Positions 37,404 to 48,259 of a stretch of 64,000 nucleotides of DNA are shown here, piece after piece. Under the pieces are notes generated by a model. It did no database searches and was not told the DNA's origin. It worked only from the letters and a program-made list of their open reading frames with translations. Source of the DNA: Syntrophales bacterium (GTDB lineage: Bacteria > Desulfobacterota > Syntrophia > Syntrophales > UBA2210). Each line of letters starts with the position of its first letter. Position 1 is the first letter of the stretch. The stretch lies in the NCBI GenBank assembly GCA_963666365.2, contig CAXXNF010000002.1:1824001-1888000 (forward strand). The letters are read 5' to 3'. Position numbers and translations under genes: made by a program.

Positions 37404-38603
37404 ATGGATCTGAGTCTCTCCGACGAGCAGCGGATGTACATCGACACTGTGCGAAAATTTGTAAAACAGGAAATTTCCCCCGGCATCATGAATCTGGAAA
37501 AGGAACACCTCTTTCCTTATTCGCTCATAGAGAAAACATGGGATCTGGGCCTGATGAATCTCTCTCTTCCGGAGGAAATCCGCGGCTACGAGATTGATAT
37601 CGTCTCCACTGCACTTATCATAAAGGAACTTTCTTACGGAGATACCGGCATCTCCACGTCGGCCATGTGCAACGATCTGGCAAACGTGGTCATCGCCATG
37701 CACGGGACGGAGGCGCAAAAAGAATCTTTTCTGCGTCCCTTTACGGAACAGCCGATTATTTCTTCATTCTGTCTGACCGAACCGGAAGCCGGTTCGGACA
37801 ACAGCGCCATGAAGACCTTCATTAAAAAGGGACCCGACGGACGGTACATTCTCAACGGGGAAAAGTGTTTCATCACCAACGCCTCCTTTGCCTCACAGTT
37901 CACCGTCTTCTGCAAGGTGGGTAAGCCTAACGGCCTTATGGTCGCCTGCCTGATTATCCCCTATACCAAGCTGAAAGACGCCAAGATCGTAACGCTCCCT
38001 TCAGGGGCCAGGGAAATCAACCTTCCCGGGGGAGGAACCATCACGACGGGAAAACCGGAAGACAAGTTGGGACAGCGCCTGTCCAATACGGCAACGGTCA
38101 ATTTCGAAGACGTTCCCATAGACGACGACCAGATTATCGGCAACCGGAGACTCGGATTCCATTATGCCGTGGATGTGCTCGATTACGCCCGCCCCATGGT
38201 CGCCGCAATCGGAGTGGGACTGGCACGGCGGGCCTTTGATGTGACCGTGGCCTACACGAGGGAACGCCGGCAGTTCGGCAAAAGGATCTGCGATATGCCG
38301 GTGGCGCAAAACACTCTCGTGCAGATGTGGAAAAAGGTGGAACTTGCCGATGCGGCGCTGATGAAGGCTGCCTGCAAAGTGCAGGAAAGGGCCGAGGATC
38401 GGGGCATGTATGCGTCGCTTGCAAAGAACACCGCTGCCGAGGCGGCCCTTTTCTGCACCACCGAAGGGCTCCATCTCCACGGCGGGTATGGATTCATGAC
38501 GGAATACGAAATATCGAAGCTCGCCCGCGACGCCCACATCATCGACATCTATGAGGGCACCAGGGAAGTGCAGGACATGATCATCGGAAGAGAGATTGTA
38601 TAG
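37404..38603 (+). CDS. Acyl-CoA (or acyl-ACP) dehydrogenase
   Basis: LTEPEAGSD, R.QFG, HGGYG, IYEGT. Confidence 0.9.
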   Translation: MDLSLSDEQRMYIDTVRKFVKQEISPGIMNLEKEHLFPYSLIEKTWDLGLMNLSLPEEIRGYEIDIVSTALIIKELSYGDTGISTSAMCNDLANVVIAMHGTEAQKESFLRPFTEQPIISSFCLTEPEAGSDNSAMKTFIKKGPDGRYILNGEKCFITNASFASQFTVFCKVGKPNGLMVACLIIPYTKLKDAKIVTLPSGAREINLPGGGTITTGKPEDKLGQRLSNTATVNFEDVPIDDDQIIGNRRLGFHYAVDVLDYARPMVAAIGVGLARRAFDVTVAYTRERRQFGKRICDMPVAQNTLVQMWKKVELADAALMKAACKVQERAEDRGMYASLAKNTAAEAALFCTTEGLHLHGGYGFMTEYEISKLARDAHIIDIYEGTREVQDMIIGREIV

Positions 38604-38605
38604 CC

Positions 38606-39589
38606 ATGGTGTATCTTCACGGATTAGGACACTTTCACCCTGAAACTATTATTACCAACGGGTTCCTCGCCGATCTGGACATCGGTTGCAGCGAGGAATG
38701 GATTATGGAACGGGTGGGCATAAAAACCCGGCGCACTGCCCTGCCCCTGGATTATATACGATCAACGAAAAACAGCGATCCCCGGGCCGCCAGGGAGGCC
38801 AGCCGCTATGATCACGGCCAGATGGGGGCTTTTGCCGCGCGCATGGCGATCGAGCGCGCCGGTATCGAAGCCGCTGACATCGGCATGGTGATTTCCGGCT
38901 CATCGGCGCCGGATCATGTCTCGCCGGCTGAGGCATCGTCAGTGGCAACGGAACTGGACATTACGGTCCCCTGCTTTGACATCACCTCCGCCTGCAGCAC
39001 CTTCGGCACCCAGTTGCGCCTCCTCTCTTCAATGAAACCGGAGGAACTGCCCACATATATTCTTATCGTAAACCCCGAAAGCCTCACCCAGACGGTGGAT
39101 TACAGCGATCGCCGGGTGGTTCCCCTTTTCGGAGACGGAAGCAGCGCCGCAGTGGTCTCGCTGGCCGTTCCTTCCGAGATCGTCGTCACCGACTGCCTCA
39201 TCGATTCCAACCCGCAGGGATGGAATAAGGTCATGATACCCCGGTTCAATTATTTTTCCCAGGACGGCAATGCCGTGCAGGGATTTGCGATCAGGAAAAC
39301 CACCGAAGGGGTTCGCCGCCTCATGAACGGCGCCGGCAACAGAACGAAGGGCTTTAAATTCATCGGTCATCAGGCCAATCTGGGCATGCTGACGACGGTG
39401 TGCGAGCGATGCGGCATCGAGAACGGAAGTCACTGGTTCAACGTGGACACTTTCGGCAATACGGGATGTTCCTCTGCCCCTGCGGTACTGAGTCAGCATT
39501 GGGACGATCTGCGTCCCGGCCACCGTATCGCCATGGTGGTAGTGGGATCGGGACTCACCTGGGCCTCAATGATGATGGAAGTGAAATAA
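38606..39589 (+). CDS. FabH-like 3-oxoacyl-ACP synthase III
   Basis: SACSTF, LFGDG, HQAN, FGNTG (C-H-N triad). Confidence 0.85.
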   Translation: MVYLHGLGHFHPETIITNGFLADLDIGCSEEWIMERVGIKTRRTALPLDYIRSTKNSDPRAAREASRYDHGQMGAFAARMAIERAGIEAADIGMVISGSSAPDHVSPAEASSVATELDITVPCFDITSACSTFGTQLRLLSSMKPEELPTYILIVNPESLTQTVDYSDRRVVPLFGDGSSAAVVSLAVPSEIVVTDCLIDSNPQGWNKVMIPRFNYFSQDGNAVQGFAIRKTTEGVRRLMNGAGNRTKGFKFIGHQANLGMLTTVCERCGIENGSHWFNVDTFGNTGCSSAPAVLSQHWDDLRPGHRIAMVVVGSGLTWASMMMEVK

Positions 39590-39592
39590 GAC

Positions 39593-40201
39593 ATGACCTA
39601 TCAGGAATTTATTACAAAAAACAGTTTTTCTCTCACGGATTTGATCGGCTTCGCCTATGGCCGTCTTGTGGACGATCCACCGGAGCATTTCGACGCCCGT
39701 TTGCCGGCGCCGCCGTTTCTGATGCCCGATCGGATCGTATCGATTACGGAAAACGGTAGAAAAGGAACAATTATCGCAGAACAGGATGTGCGACTGGACG
39801 GCTGGTATTTTCAGTGTCACATGCCGGGCGATCCCGTGCTTCCCGGCTGTCTCTGCGTCGATGCAATCTGGCAGCTGCTCGGATTTTACTGCGTCTGGCG
39901 GCAGGCCCTTGGATCGGGACGGGCCCTGGGATGTGACGAAGTAAGCTTCAATGGACAGATTCGCCCCTTCAACCGGATTATCCGTTACGAACTCGATATC
40001 CTCCGCTTTTCCAATCTCAAGGATTCCGGCGCAAGTCTTGCCATCGCCGACGGCAGGGTCTTTGTGGACAATGAGTTGATCATGACGGTGCAGCGGGCCC
40101 GCACGGGCACCTTCAGGGGGATTGCCTATCCCGATTACCCGTTGGAGTCGGCCAACAGCCGTGGGGGGATGATCACGCGAGGGAACGAGGAAAGGAACTG
40201 A
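39593..40201 (+). CDS. fabA: FabA-type dehydratase/isomerase
   Basis: LPAPPFLM.DRI, WYFQCH..GDPVLPGCL..DA.WQLLGF, GRALG. Confidence 0.85.
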   Translation: MTYQEFITKNSFSLTDLIGFAYGRLVDDPPEHFDARLPAPPFLMPDRIVSITENGRKGTIIAEQDVRLDGWYFQCHMPGDPVLPGCLCVDAIWQLLGFYCVWRQALGSGRALGCDEVSFNGQIRPFNRIIRYELDILRFSNLKDSGASLAIADGRVFVDNELIMTVQRARTGTFRGIAYPDYPLESANSRGGMITRGNEERN

Positions 40202-40202
40202 C

Positions 40203-40967
40203 ATGGATTCGAATCGAAGCGCATCTGCATCCGTTGAATCCGGCACAAAGCCGGTAGCCCTGGTGACGGGGGGCGGCAGGGGAATCGGTGCGGCCTGCTG
40301 CCGCGCCCTTGCAGCGGAAGGATTCCGTGTGGGGATTCATTACCGTTCAAGCGAAAAGGAGGCACAGAAGGTACTGGATGATATCGAAGACGGGTTTCTT
40401 CTCCGCGCCGATCTCTCAAATCCCGACGAAGTGGACGAACTGGTGAAATCAGTCAAGTCCGAGGCGGGTCGTCTCGATGTACTTGTCAATAATGCGGGAA
40501 TTTCCATCGACAAGGACATCAACAGCATGAAAATCGACGAATTCGACCTGCAGCGATCGGTGGTGCGCGGCGCCTGGTACCTCACGAAACGTGTGCTTCG
40601 CCTCTTCATGCTGAGAAGCGGAAACGGCCGGATCATCAATATCTCCAGCGTGGTGGCCCATACGGGGAACGGCGGACAGATTCCCTATACCATGGAAAAG
40701 GCCGCCCTCGACGCCTTCACGAAGTCGCTGGCCAAAGAACTCTGGGGACGCAATATTCTGATCAACTCGGTGGCGCCGGGCTTTATCGAAACGGCCATGA
40801 CGGAAACACTCCCCGCCGAGGTTCGTGACAGGATCCTCTCAAACATTCCCCTGGCACGCATGGGAACCCCTGAGGAGGTGGCGGACATGGTGGCCTTTCT
40901 CGCACGCCGCGGCACCTACATCACGGGGACGGTGATTCATGTCAGTGGAGGACTTTATGGAGGCTAA
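40203..40967 (+). CDS. fabG: 3-oxoacyl-ACP reductase
   Basis: TGGGRGIG, NNAG, YTMEK, PGFIET. Confidence 0.85.
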   Translation: MDSNRSASASVESGTKPVALVTGGGRGIGAACCRALAAEGFRVGIHYRSSEKEAQKVLDDIEDGFLLRADLSNPDEVDELVKSVKSEAGRLDVLVNNAGISIDKDINSMKIDEFDLQRSVVRGAWYLTKRVLRLFMLRSGNGRIINISSVVAHTGNGGQIPYTMEKAALDAFTKSLAKELWGRNILINSVAPGFIETAMTETLPAEVRDRILSNIPLARMGTPEEVADMVAFLARRGTYITGTVIHVSGGLYGG

Positions 40968-41433
40968 CGGAATCGCGGTCAAAGAGATACTGGATCTGGT
41001 TCCGCAGCAGGCGCCGTTCCGTTTTATCGACGACATACTCGAACTGAACGACGAGTCTATCGTGGGAACCTACCGTTTCAAAGAAGACGAATATTTTTAT
41101 CGGGGTCACTTCCCGGACTGCCCGGTGACCCCGGGAGTCATTCTGGTGGAGACAATGGCGCAGACCGGCGTTGTCGCCTTCGGCATTTATCTTCTCCTGC
41201 GCCGGGGCATCAGCGCCGAACGGATAAGAAACATGACCACACTGTTTGCGATGGCCGACGGCGTGGAATTCAGCGCCCTGGTCAGCCCCGGCGAGCGCGT
41301 AAGAGTGCGGGGTGAAAAGGTATATCTGCGCAGGGGGAACCTTAAAACAAAAATTACGCTGGAAAAGGAGGATGGCCGACTGGCCTGTTCCGGCATATTG
41401 ACAGGAAAAGGAGTGACAATCAATGAGACATAG
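40957..41433 (+). CDS. FabZ-type dehydratase
   Basis: PFRFID, GHFP..PVTPGV.LVE.MAQ; GGAGG RBS. Confidence 0.85.
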   Translation: MEANGIAVKEILDLVPQQAPFRFIDDILELNDESIVGTYRFKEDEYFYRGHFPDCPVTPGVILVETMAQTGVVAFGIYLLLRRGISAERIRNMTTLFAMADGVEFSALVSPGERVRVRGEKVYLRRGNLKTKITLEKEDGRLACSGILTGKGVTINET

Positions 41434-42697
41434 AGTGGTAATCACCGGCCTGGGCGTCGTCGCACCCAACGCGATAGGACTGGAGGAATTCAGAAAGGCC
41501 CTTCGAAAAGGAAAACCGGGAATCCGGTTCATACAGGAACTGGCGGACCTGAAATTCGCCTGTCAGATAGGGGGGGTGCCGGAGAATTTCAGCGAAGTGC
41601 GCGCACGCTACTTCGATCATGAAAAGCTTCTCTCGATCAACGACAACATAGGATATGCCTCGGTGGCAGCGGTCGACGCCTGGAAAGACAGCGGATTCAG
41701 TCTGTTGGAAGAAAACGGTCATGTAGACTGGGATACCGGCGCGATTCTAGGAAGCGGCATCGGCGGGATGGATACCATCGCACAACAGGTGGTTCCCATG
41801 GTCAAGGAAGGAAAAACACGGCGTCTGGGAAGCCGCATCGTAGAGCAGGTCATGAACAGCGGCACCAGCGCCCGTGTGGGCGGCCTTCTGGGCCTGGGAA
41901 ACCAGGTAACATCGAATTCATCGGCCTGCAGCACCGGTACGGAGGCAATCAACGAGGCCTTTTGGCGGATACGGACGGGACAGGCGAAACGGATGCTTGC
42001 CGGCGGTTCGGAAGGAGCGTCTCCCTTTATCTGGGCCGGCTTCGACGCCATGCGCGTCATTGCCCGAAAATTCAACGATTCACCGGAGGAGGGATCACGC
42101 CCGCTTTCCGCCTCGGCAAACGGGTTTGTTCCCGGATCGGGGGCCGCGGTGTTGCTCCTCGAGGATCTTGATACGGCTCTTGCACGGGGAGCACGCATTT
42201 ACTGCGAACTTATCGGCGGATCGGTAAACTCCGGCGGGCAGAGAAACGGGGGCAGCATGACCGCACCCAATCCCGAAGGAGTGCAGCGATGTATCCAGCA
42301 GGCCATAGCCGACGCGGGAATTACCGCAGACGACATCGACGCAATCAATGGACATCTGACGGCCACCTTTGCCGATCCTTCGGAAGTGAAGAACTGGTCG
42401 GCGGCGCTCGGCAGGGGACCCGATCGTTTCCCCATGATTCAATCGACAAAATCCATGATCGGTCATTGCCTGGGCGCCGCCGGCGCCATCGAAAGCGTGG
42501 CCGTAGCCGTGCAGCTGCAGGAAGGATTTCTCCATCCCTCGATTAACTGTGACGATGTGCACCCGGAGATCGAGGCATTCGGAGATAAAATTCCACAAAA
42601 GGTCATGGAGATTCCCGATCTGAACATCGTGGCAAAATCGAGTTTCGGCTTCGGCGACGTCAATAGTTGCCTCATTTTCAAAAAATGGCAACCCTGA
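41423..42697 (+). CDS. FabF-like beta-ketoacyl-ACP synthase
   Basis: SACST, NGHLTAT, KSMIGH, SFGFG (C-H-H). Confidence 0.9.
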   Translation: MRHRVVITGLGVVAPNAIGLEEFRKALRKGKPGIRFIQELADLKFACQIGGVPENFSEVRARYFDHEKLLSINDNIGYASVAAVDAWKDSGFSLLEENGHVDWDTGAILGSGIGGMDTIAQQVVPMVKEGKTRRLGSRIVEQVMNSGTSARVGGLLGLGNQVTSNSSACSTGTEAINEAFWRIRTGQAKRMLAGGSEGASPFIWAGFDAMRVIARKFNDSPEEGSRPLSASANGFVPGSGAAVLLLEDLDTALARGARIYCELIGGSVNSGGQRNGGSMTAPNPEGVQRCIQQAIADAGITADDIDAINGHLTATFADPSEVKNWSAALGRGPDRFPMIQSTKSMIGHCLGAAGAIESVAVAVQLQEGFLHPSINCDDVHPEIEAFGDKIPQKVMEIPDLNIVAKSSFGFGDVNSCLIFKKWQP

Positions 42698-42748
42698 CAT
42701 CCCGGGATCACAGTAACACTATTAAAAAATAACACTCACGTAAGGAGA

Positions 42749-43003
42749 ATGATTATGGAAAATGCAGCAATTTTTGAAGAAATGGTCGGTATTTTAAAAC
42801 CCTATGTAAAGGATGTCTCCGCCCTTGACGGGGTATCCGAAAACACCCACATCCTTGATGATCTAAAGGTAAATTCGGCCCGCCTTGTGGACATCATCAT
42901 CAAGTGCGAGGATGTATTCGACATCGAAATTGATGACGACGACGCCGACACGATTCGGACCATCGGTGATGCCGTGTCCGTGATAAAAAAGAAACTGTCA
43001 TAG
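42749..43003 (+). CDS. Acyl carrier protein
   Basis: DDLKVNSARLVD...ED.FDIEI; acidic. Confidence 0.9.
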   Translation: MIMENAAIFEEMVGILKPYVKDVSALDGVSENTHILDDLKVNSARLVDIIIKCEDVFDIEIDDDDADTIRTIGDAVSVIKKKLS

Positions 43004-43010
43004 ACGGGCC

Positions 43011-43838
43011 ATGAAACGCACCACTAAATATTCTTTACGGCTTCAATATGTCCTGGGGTGGATATCGGTGCTCTTTTTGGCACCGCTTACCTTTGTCGTG
43101 CTCAAGGCAATGGGATACCGCATAAAGGACCTGAACCAATTACGGGCACAGGTGCGGGCGGCCATGGGAGAAGACCGGGGCGGCTGGATCATCTGCGCGA
43201 ATCATCTGACAATGATCGATTCAGTCATTCTGGCCCATGCCATGATGCCTCTGCACCACTATGTTGGACATTACAGGGATATGCCCTGGAATCTGCCGGA
43301 ACGGGCCAACTTTCAGAAAAATATCGTGCTCACCATCCTCTGTTATCTCACCAAGTGCATTCCCATCAGCCGAGGGGGAGACAGAGGCAAGATGAAAGAA
43401 ACGATGGAAAAGTGTGTCCACCTTCTTAACAGCGGATCGAATCTTCTTATCTTCCCCGAGGGGGGACGCACCCGCACCGGCAGGGTCGACACTGATTCCT
43501 TTTCCTACGGTGTGGGCCGCCTGGCCCAGAAAAGTGACCACTGCCGCATACTCTGTGTGTTTCTCCGGGGAATAGGCCAGGAGCACTATTCCGCCATTCC
43601 ACGGCGTGGAGAAACCTTCATGGGAGAGGCGGTCCCCTTTGTACCGGACGCCGTTGCAGGCGGGCTGAAGGGGCAGCGGGAACTGGCCCGGCAGATTGTA
43701 GAAACACTGGCTGCCATGGAAGAGGAATGGTTTTCCCGGGTCAAAGGGCTTCGGCATCACCGTATTCCCGCAAGCGCAGAAAAAAGACGGTACGGCGGAC
43801 GCTACCGCACCGAAGAAGCCGGCTTTTACAAGGCGTAA
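43011..43838 (+). CDS. PlsC-like lysophospholipid acyltransferase
   Basis: NHLTMID (HX4D), FPEGGR. Confidence 0.85.
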   Translation: MKRTTKYSLRLQYVLGWISVLFLAPLTFVVLKAMGYRIKDLNQLRAQVRAAMGEDRGGWIICANHLTMIDSVILAHAMMPLHHYVGHYRDMPWNLPERANFQKNIVLTILCYLTKCIPISRGGDRGKMKETMEKCVHLLNSGSNLLIFPEGGRTRTGRVDTDSFSYGVGRLAQKSDHCRILCVFLRGIGQEHYSAIPRRGETFMGEAVPFVPDAVAGGLKGQRELARQIVETLAAMEEEWFSRVKGLRHHRIPASAEKRRYGGRYRTEEAGFYKA

Positions 43839-43843
43839 TACAT

Positions 43844-43915
43844 CCCCCCCCCTCGCACTGCCCTGGACAGGCATCGCACGGCATCCCTGTCCAGGACTGC
43901 GGGGGGTTTTTTTTC
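43844..43915 (+). terminator. Intrinsic terminator
   Basis: C-rich/G-rich stem with CCTGGACAGG/CCTGTCCAGG, followed by a T run. Confidence 0.6.
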
Positions 43916-43950
43916 AGCATCATCAGAATCGCGTAAAAAGGAGAACCCGG

Positions 43951-45488
43951 GTGACAACGGAAAACAAACGGAAAAGATTACTGCAGGCGCGCTCCCGCAT
44001 CGAAGCGGGAGGGGGCAACGCCGCCATGGACAAAATCAGGGATACGGGACGCCGCACCGTCCGTGAGAGACTGGGGCTTCTTTTCGACGAAGGGAGTTTC
44101 GTAGAAACAGATGCCTTCGTGGCGCACCGCGCAACGGAGCTGGGAATGGACAAGATGGAAACCCCCGGCGAAGGGGTGGTCACGGGCTACGGCACGGTGG
44201 AAGGGCGACAGGTGTTCGCTTTCGCCCAGGACTTCAGCGTCATGGGGGGATCGCTGGGCGAGATGCATGCGAAGAAAATTCAGTCAAGTGCCTTGACAAG
44301 GCCATGACCGTGGGCTGCCCCGTTGTGGGACTGAACGACTCGGGCGGCGCCCGGATACAGGAGGGAGTGGATGCCCTTGCCGGCTACGGAAGCATTTTTA
44401 CCCGCAACACCATGGCGTCGGGGGTAATTCCTCAGATAACGGCGATCATGGGGCCTTCGGCGGGGGGCGCGGTGTACTCGCCGGCGCTCATGGACTTCAT
44501 CTATATGGTGAAAAAGGACTATGCCCAGATGTTCATTACCGGACCCCAGGTGATCAAGGCGACCACAGGGGAGAAAATCGGGGCCATCGAACTTGGCGGC
44601 GCCATGACGCACAACGAAAAAAGCGGCGTGGCCCATTTCCTGGCGGCATCCGACGAAGACTGCATTGCCCAGATCACACAATTATTACGGTATCTTCCGT
44701 CCAATTGCCGGGAGAAACCGCCTGTGATCACCTGCACAGATCCGGCGGACCGTATCGAAGCATCCCTGAACAGCATTGTTCCTGACAGGAGCACCCGCCC
44801 CTACGACATGAAAAAAATAATCGCCCCTGTGGTGGACAATGGAGAGTTCTACGAGAGCCAACAGCACTTTGCAAAGAACATGATCACCTGTTTCGCCCGC
44901 CTTGAGGGAAAACCGGTGGGAATTATCGCCAACCAGCCCCGGTTTATGGCAGGATGCCTTGACATCAGTGCCTCGGACAAGGCTTCGCGATTCATTCGAT
45001 TCTGCGACTGCTTCAATCTTCCCATTGTTACCTTTGTGGACGTACCGGGATATCTTCCCGGAACGCAGCAGGAATTCGGGGGCATTATACGGCACGGAGC
45101 GAAGCTCCTTTTCGCGTACCCGGAAGCAACGGTACCGAAGGTAACGGTGGTGATACGGAAGGCATACGGCGGCGCCTATCTGGGCATGTGTTCCGGTCAG
45201 ACCGGGGCGGACATGGTCATCGCCTGGCCTACGGCGGAGATTGCCGTAATGGGGGCGGCCGGCGCTGCCAATATCATCTTCCGAAAAGAAACGGGCGAAG
45301 AGAGACGGCAAAAACAGGAGGAATATGAGCGGAATTTCGCCACCCCCTACCAGGCGGCGAAACGGGGATTGATCGATCAGATAATCGAACCGAAGGATAC
45401 CCGTCCCGCCCTGATTGCGGCCCTGCGCATGCTCGAAGGGAAGCGAGAGGATCGTCCCTGGAAGAAACACGGGAATATGCCGCTGTAG
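43951..45488 (+). pseudogene. Acyl-CoA carboxylase carboxyltransferase (beta) subunit, frameshifted
   Basis: QDFSVMGGSLG in one frame, DSGGARIQEG in the next; two extra bases near 44281 break KKI-VKCLDKAM. Confidence 0.8.
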
Positions 45489-45535
45489 GGAAAGTTTAAA
45501 AAGTAGGAAAAGTAGGAAAAGTGAGGAGAGGGGAA

Positions 45536-46174
45536 ATGGTGCCGTATATCGGCAATGATATCGTCGATTTTACTGCGCCCGGCGCGGTCGGAAAGCACCG
45601 CGACGAGCGATTCGTTGCCCGTGTGTTTACAGGGAATGAACGGCGGTGGATTGAGGACGACTCCGATCCGGACCGGATGCTCTGGACTCTCTGGTCCTGC
45701 AAGGAAACAGCCTATAAAGCGGTCGGCAAGTCCCACCGCCGGACAGTGTGGGCGCCTGTCCGCTATACGGTGCACATTGAAGAAATGATCTCCCGACGCC
45801 GCATCAGGGGAGTGGTGAATACTCCCGCGGGCAATGTCCTCTTTGAAGCCGGAATCGAAGGAAATTTCGTACACTGCGTTGGCACTTCGGGCGCATTGTG
45901 CGACCTTCAGTCGATTGTAACGGGTGTCAACCGATGTACCCGAAGCAGAGAGGTTCCTCCTGATCTCTCAAAAGAAGCCAGGGCGCTGATTGTGGAGCGC
46001 CTGGCATCCCACGGGGCAGGGGGAAAGGAATCCATTAAAATCCTCCGTCCTGGAGGAGCACGGGGGCTGAATCCCCCCATCGTCAGTATCGGCGACAGGA
46101 TTGCACCGATCGATATCAGCCTCAGTCACGATGGCCTGTATGTCGCCTGTGCCTTCATCATGCACCGTCACTGA
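45536..46174 (+). CDS. 4'-phosphopantetheinyl transferase
   Basis: IGNDIVD, WSCKETAYK, ISLSHDG. Confidence 0.85.
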   Translation: MVPYIGNDIVDFTAPGAVGKHRDERFVARVFTGNERRWIEDDSDPDRMLWTLWSCKETAYKAVGKSHRRTVWAPVRYTVHIEEMISRRRIRGVVNTPAGNVLFEAGIEGNFVHCVGTSGALCDLQSIVTGVNRCTRSREVPPDLSKEARALIVERLASHGAGGKESIKILRPGGARGLNPPIVSIGDRIAPIDISLSHDGLYVACAFIMHRH

Positions 46175-47046
46175 TCGCAGTGTTCCCATTTAAGGGCTTC
46201 GATAATTTCTTCTCCGATTTCATCGACTTTCCTGGACGAAAGGATCCCTGATCGCTTCAGAGAATCGAGCGTATCTATGTCGGCGCGCACAAGTTCCATC
46301 AAATCATCATCCGATAAAATCATGAATCGAGCCCTGTTTATCCTGCTGGCCTTCTCAAATCTCCAATAATAGAGACGTTTGAGACGTTCCTGCCCCCTTT
46401 CGTTCAGCTCCTCGAACCCCTGAATTCTCGTGTAACCCTTTCTATTGAGCGTTTTCTTGCGCCATCTTACGGCAGTCATCTCTTCAAAGGCTTCGGACGC
46501 CGCACAGGTGAGTCCCTGGGTATTCAATGCTTCATCCAGCTTCTTCTGAAGCGGAATGAGACAGACGGCATCACGGGCCGCATAATGGAGCTGTTCCTGT
46601 GCCAGGGGTCGAAGGTCCCACCGTGAACGTTGAATCTTCTTCTCCTTGTTCAGCTCGCACCCGAGATACTCCTTGAGAACCGAATGCAGGGACAGCAGGG
46701 TGCTTCCCAGGAGAGAGGCCGCCCGATGGGTATCAAACAGGTTGGCAAATTCAAATGCATAGTCGCGATTCAGAAGGCGCACGTCATTGTCGCAGGCGTG
46801 GAGCACCTTCAGGATTTTGTGATCGGCAAAGATATCTCCCAGAAAGGAAAAATCGATATCACCGAAGGGGTCGAACAGATAGGCCTCGGAATCGGCGCCT
46901 ACCTGCACAAGGCAGAGAAGTTCTCTGAAATATCTGAACGAATCGTATTCCGTATCGACACCGATAATGGGGCATGCTGCAATTCGCCTTTTCGCTATCT
47001 CCAGTTGCGTTTCTGTTTCCACAAGAACACAGTTGCATTCCACCAT
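46168..47046 (-). CDS. rnd: Ribonuclease D-like (DEDD exonuclease + HRDC)
   Basis: GVDTE, LFDT, W..RPL...QLHYAARD. Confidence 0.85.
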   Translation of the reverse strand: MVECNCVLVETETQLEIAKRRIAACPIIGVDTEYDSFRYFRELLCLVQVGADSEAYLFDPFGDIDFSFLGDIFADHKILKVLHACDNDVRLLNRDYAFEFANLFDTHRAASLLGSTLLSLHSVLKEYLGCELNKEKKIQRSRWDLRPLAQEQLHYAARDAVCLIPLQKKLDEALNTQGLTCAASEAFEEMTAVRWRKKTLNRKGYTRIQGFEELNERGQERLKRLYYWRFEKASRINRARFMILSDDDLMELVRADIDTLDSLKRSGILSSRKVDEIGEEIIEALKWEHCDQ

Positions 47047-47080
47047 AGGACTACTCCTTCCAACGCGTCGGCTCGGTCTG

Positions 47081-48259
47081 CTACGCCCATCTTCCTATCC
47101 CATGGGCGCAATAATTTTTCAGGCAACGCAAAAACAGCGCCTGGGGAAGCCGGGGAATTAACCAGACAAGATAGTCAAGATACCGCCCATTCACGGCAGG
47201 AACTCGAAGAAACCGTTCATAGATCGATCTGTCGGCGGCAAAGAGGTCAACAAAAAAAGAAGGAAAGCGGTACACCGTCGCAGCCACCATGCGGGCATAT
47301 CTGAAATTGCGGGCAAATGCGCTTTTACAGAATATTCGGTAATCGTCAATGCTGTCGATGTTCCTTTTTTTCTGAATCACGTCTGCCACAAGATCAGCCG
47401 CAATCTGCCCGGAACGTACGGCATAGGGAATACCTTCGCCGGAAAAGGGATCCACGAACCCTGCCGCATCTCCGCTTAAAAGCACCCGCGAACCGATCAC
47501 GCCTTTATACCTCTCCTTCATGGGGATTACCCGACCTCTTAAACGGGAACTCCCTTCAAATCCTGCATTTTTTAAAAACCGCTTCATGGTCCCCTTCGGA
47601 TCGGGAAGCGTTTGCGCTTCTCCCCAGATTCCCACGGAGTAGTATCCGTTATGAGGGAACACCCATCCGTATCCGTTGCAGGAAATATCAAGGTGAATCT
47701 CAAACATGCCGGGAAGACGCGTGTCGATTTCGCCGTTATTCGCCTCTATTTCCGTCACCATGGTGATACTGCATGCGTCTCGTGCATATCGTTCCCCCAT
47801 GTGCCTCATCACCAATCCCTGCGCCCCTTCCGTCAACAGGACGTACCTCGCACGATAGGATCCTTTGACCGCCGTAATTTCCACATAGTCGCCCTTTTCG
47901 TCGACGCCTGTAGCCTTTTCTTCCATTTTTATCTCCGCTCCAGTCTCTGCGGCTTTCATGAGAAGATAGGTATCGAAGGCGCTTCTTGTGACGGTTACGG
48001 CCATAGGCGTCTCTGTCCTACTTTCAATTGTCCGTTCCCCCGCACAAAGGCGCATTCCGTATATCTCTTTTTCTTTCAGATTATCGGGCAATTCAAAATC
48101 GAGATAGTCCATGCCCCGCCGTGTAAGTCCTCCGGCACAGGGTTTATAGCGCGGGAAACGATCCTTTTCGATTACCAGGACGTTCAATCCTCGCATCGCC
48201 GCCCTCATCCCCGCCGTCGAACCGGATGGTCCCCCTCCTATCATAATCAGATCGTACAT
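47081..48259 (-). CDS. Geranylgeranyl reductase family FAD oxidoreductase
   Basis: GGGPSG, RYKPCAG, YGWVFP, GDAAGFVDPFSGEGI. Confidence 0.85.
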   Translation of the reverse strand: MYDLIMIGGGPSGSTAGMRAAMRGLNVLVIEKDRFPRYKPCAGGLTRRGMDYLDFELPDNLKEKEIYGMRLCAGERTIESRTETPMAVTVTRSAFDTYLLMKAAETGAEIKMEEKATGVDEKGDYVEITAVKGSYRARYVLLTEGAQGLVMRHMGERYARDACSITMVTEIEANNGEIDTRLPGMFEIHLDISCNGYGWVFPHNGYYSVGIWGEAQTLPDPKGTMKRFLKNAGFEGSSRLRGRVIPMKERYKGVIGSRVLLSGDAAGFVDPFSGEGIPYAVRSGQIAADLVADVIQKKRNIDSIDDYRIFCKSAFARNFRYARMVAATVYRFPSFFVDLFAADRSIYERFLRVPAVNGRYLDYLVWLIPRLPQALFLRCLKNYCAHGIGRWA

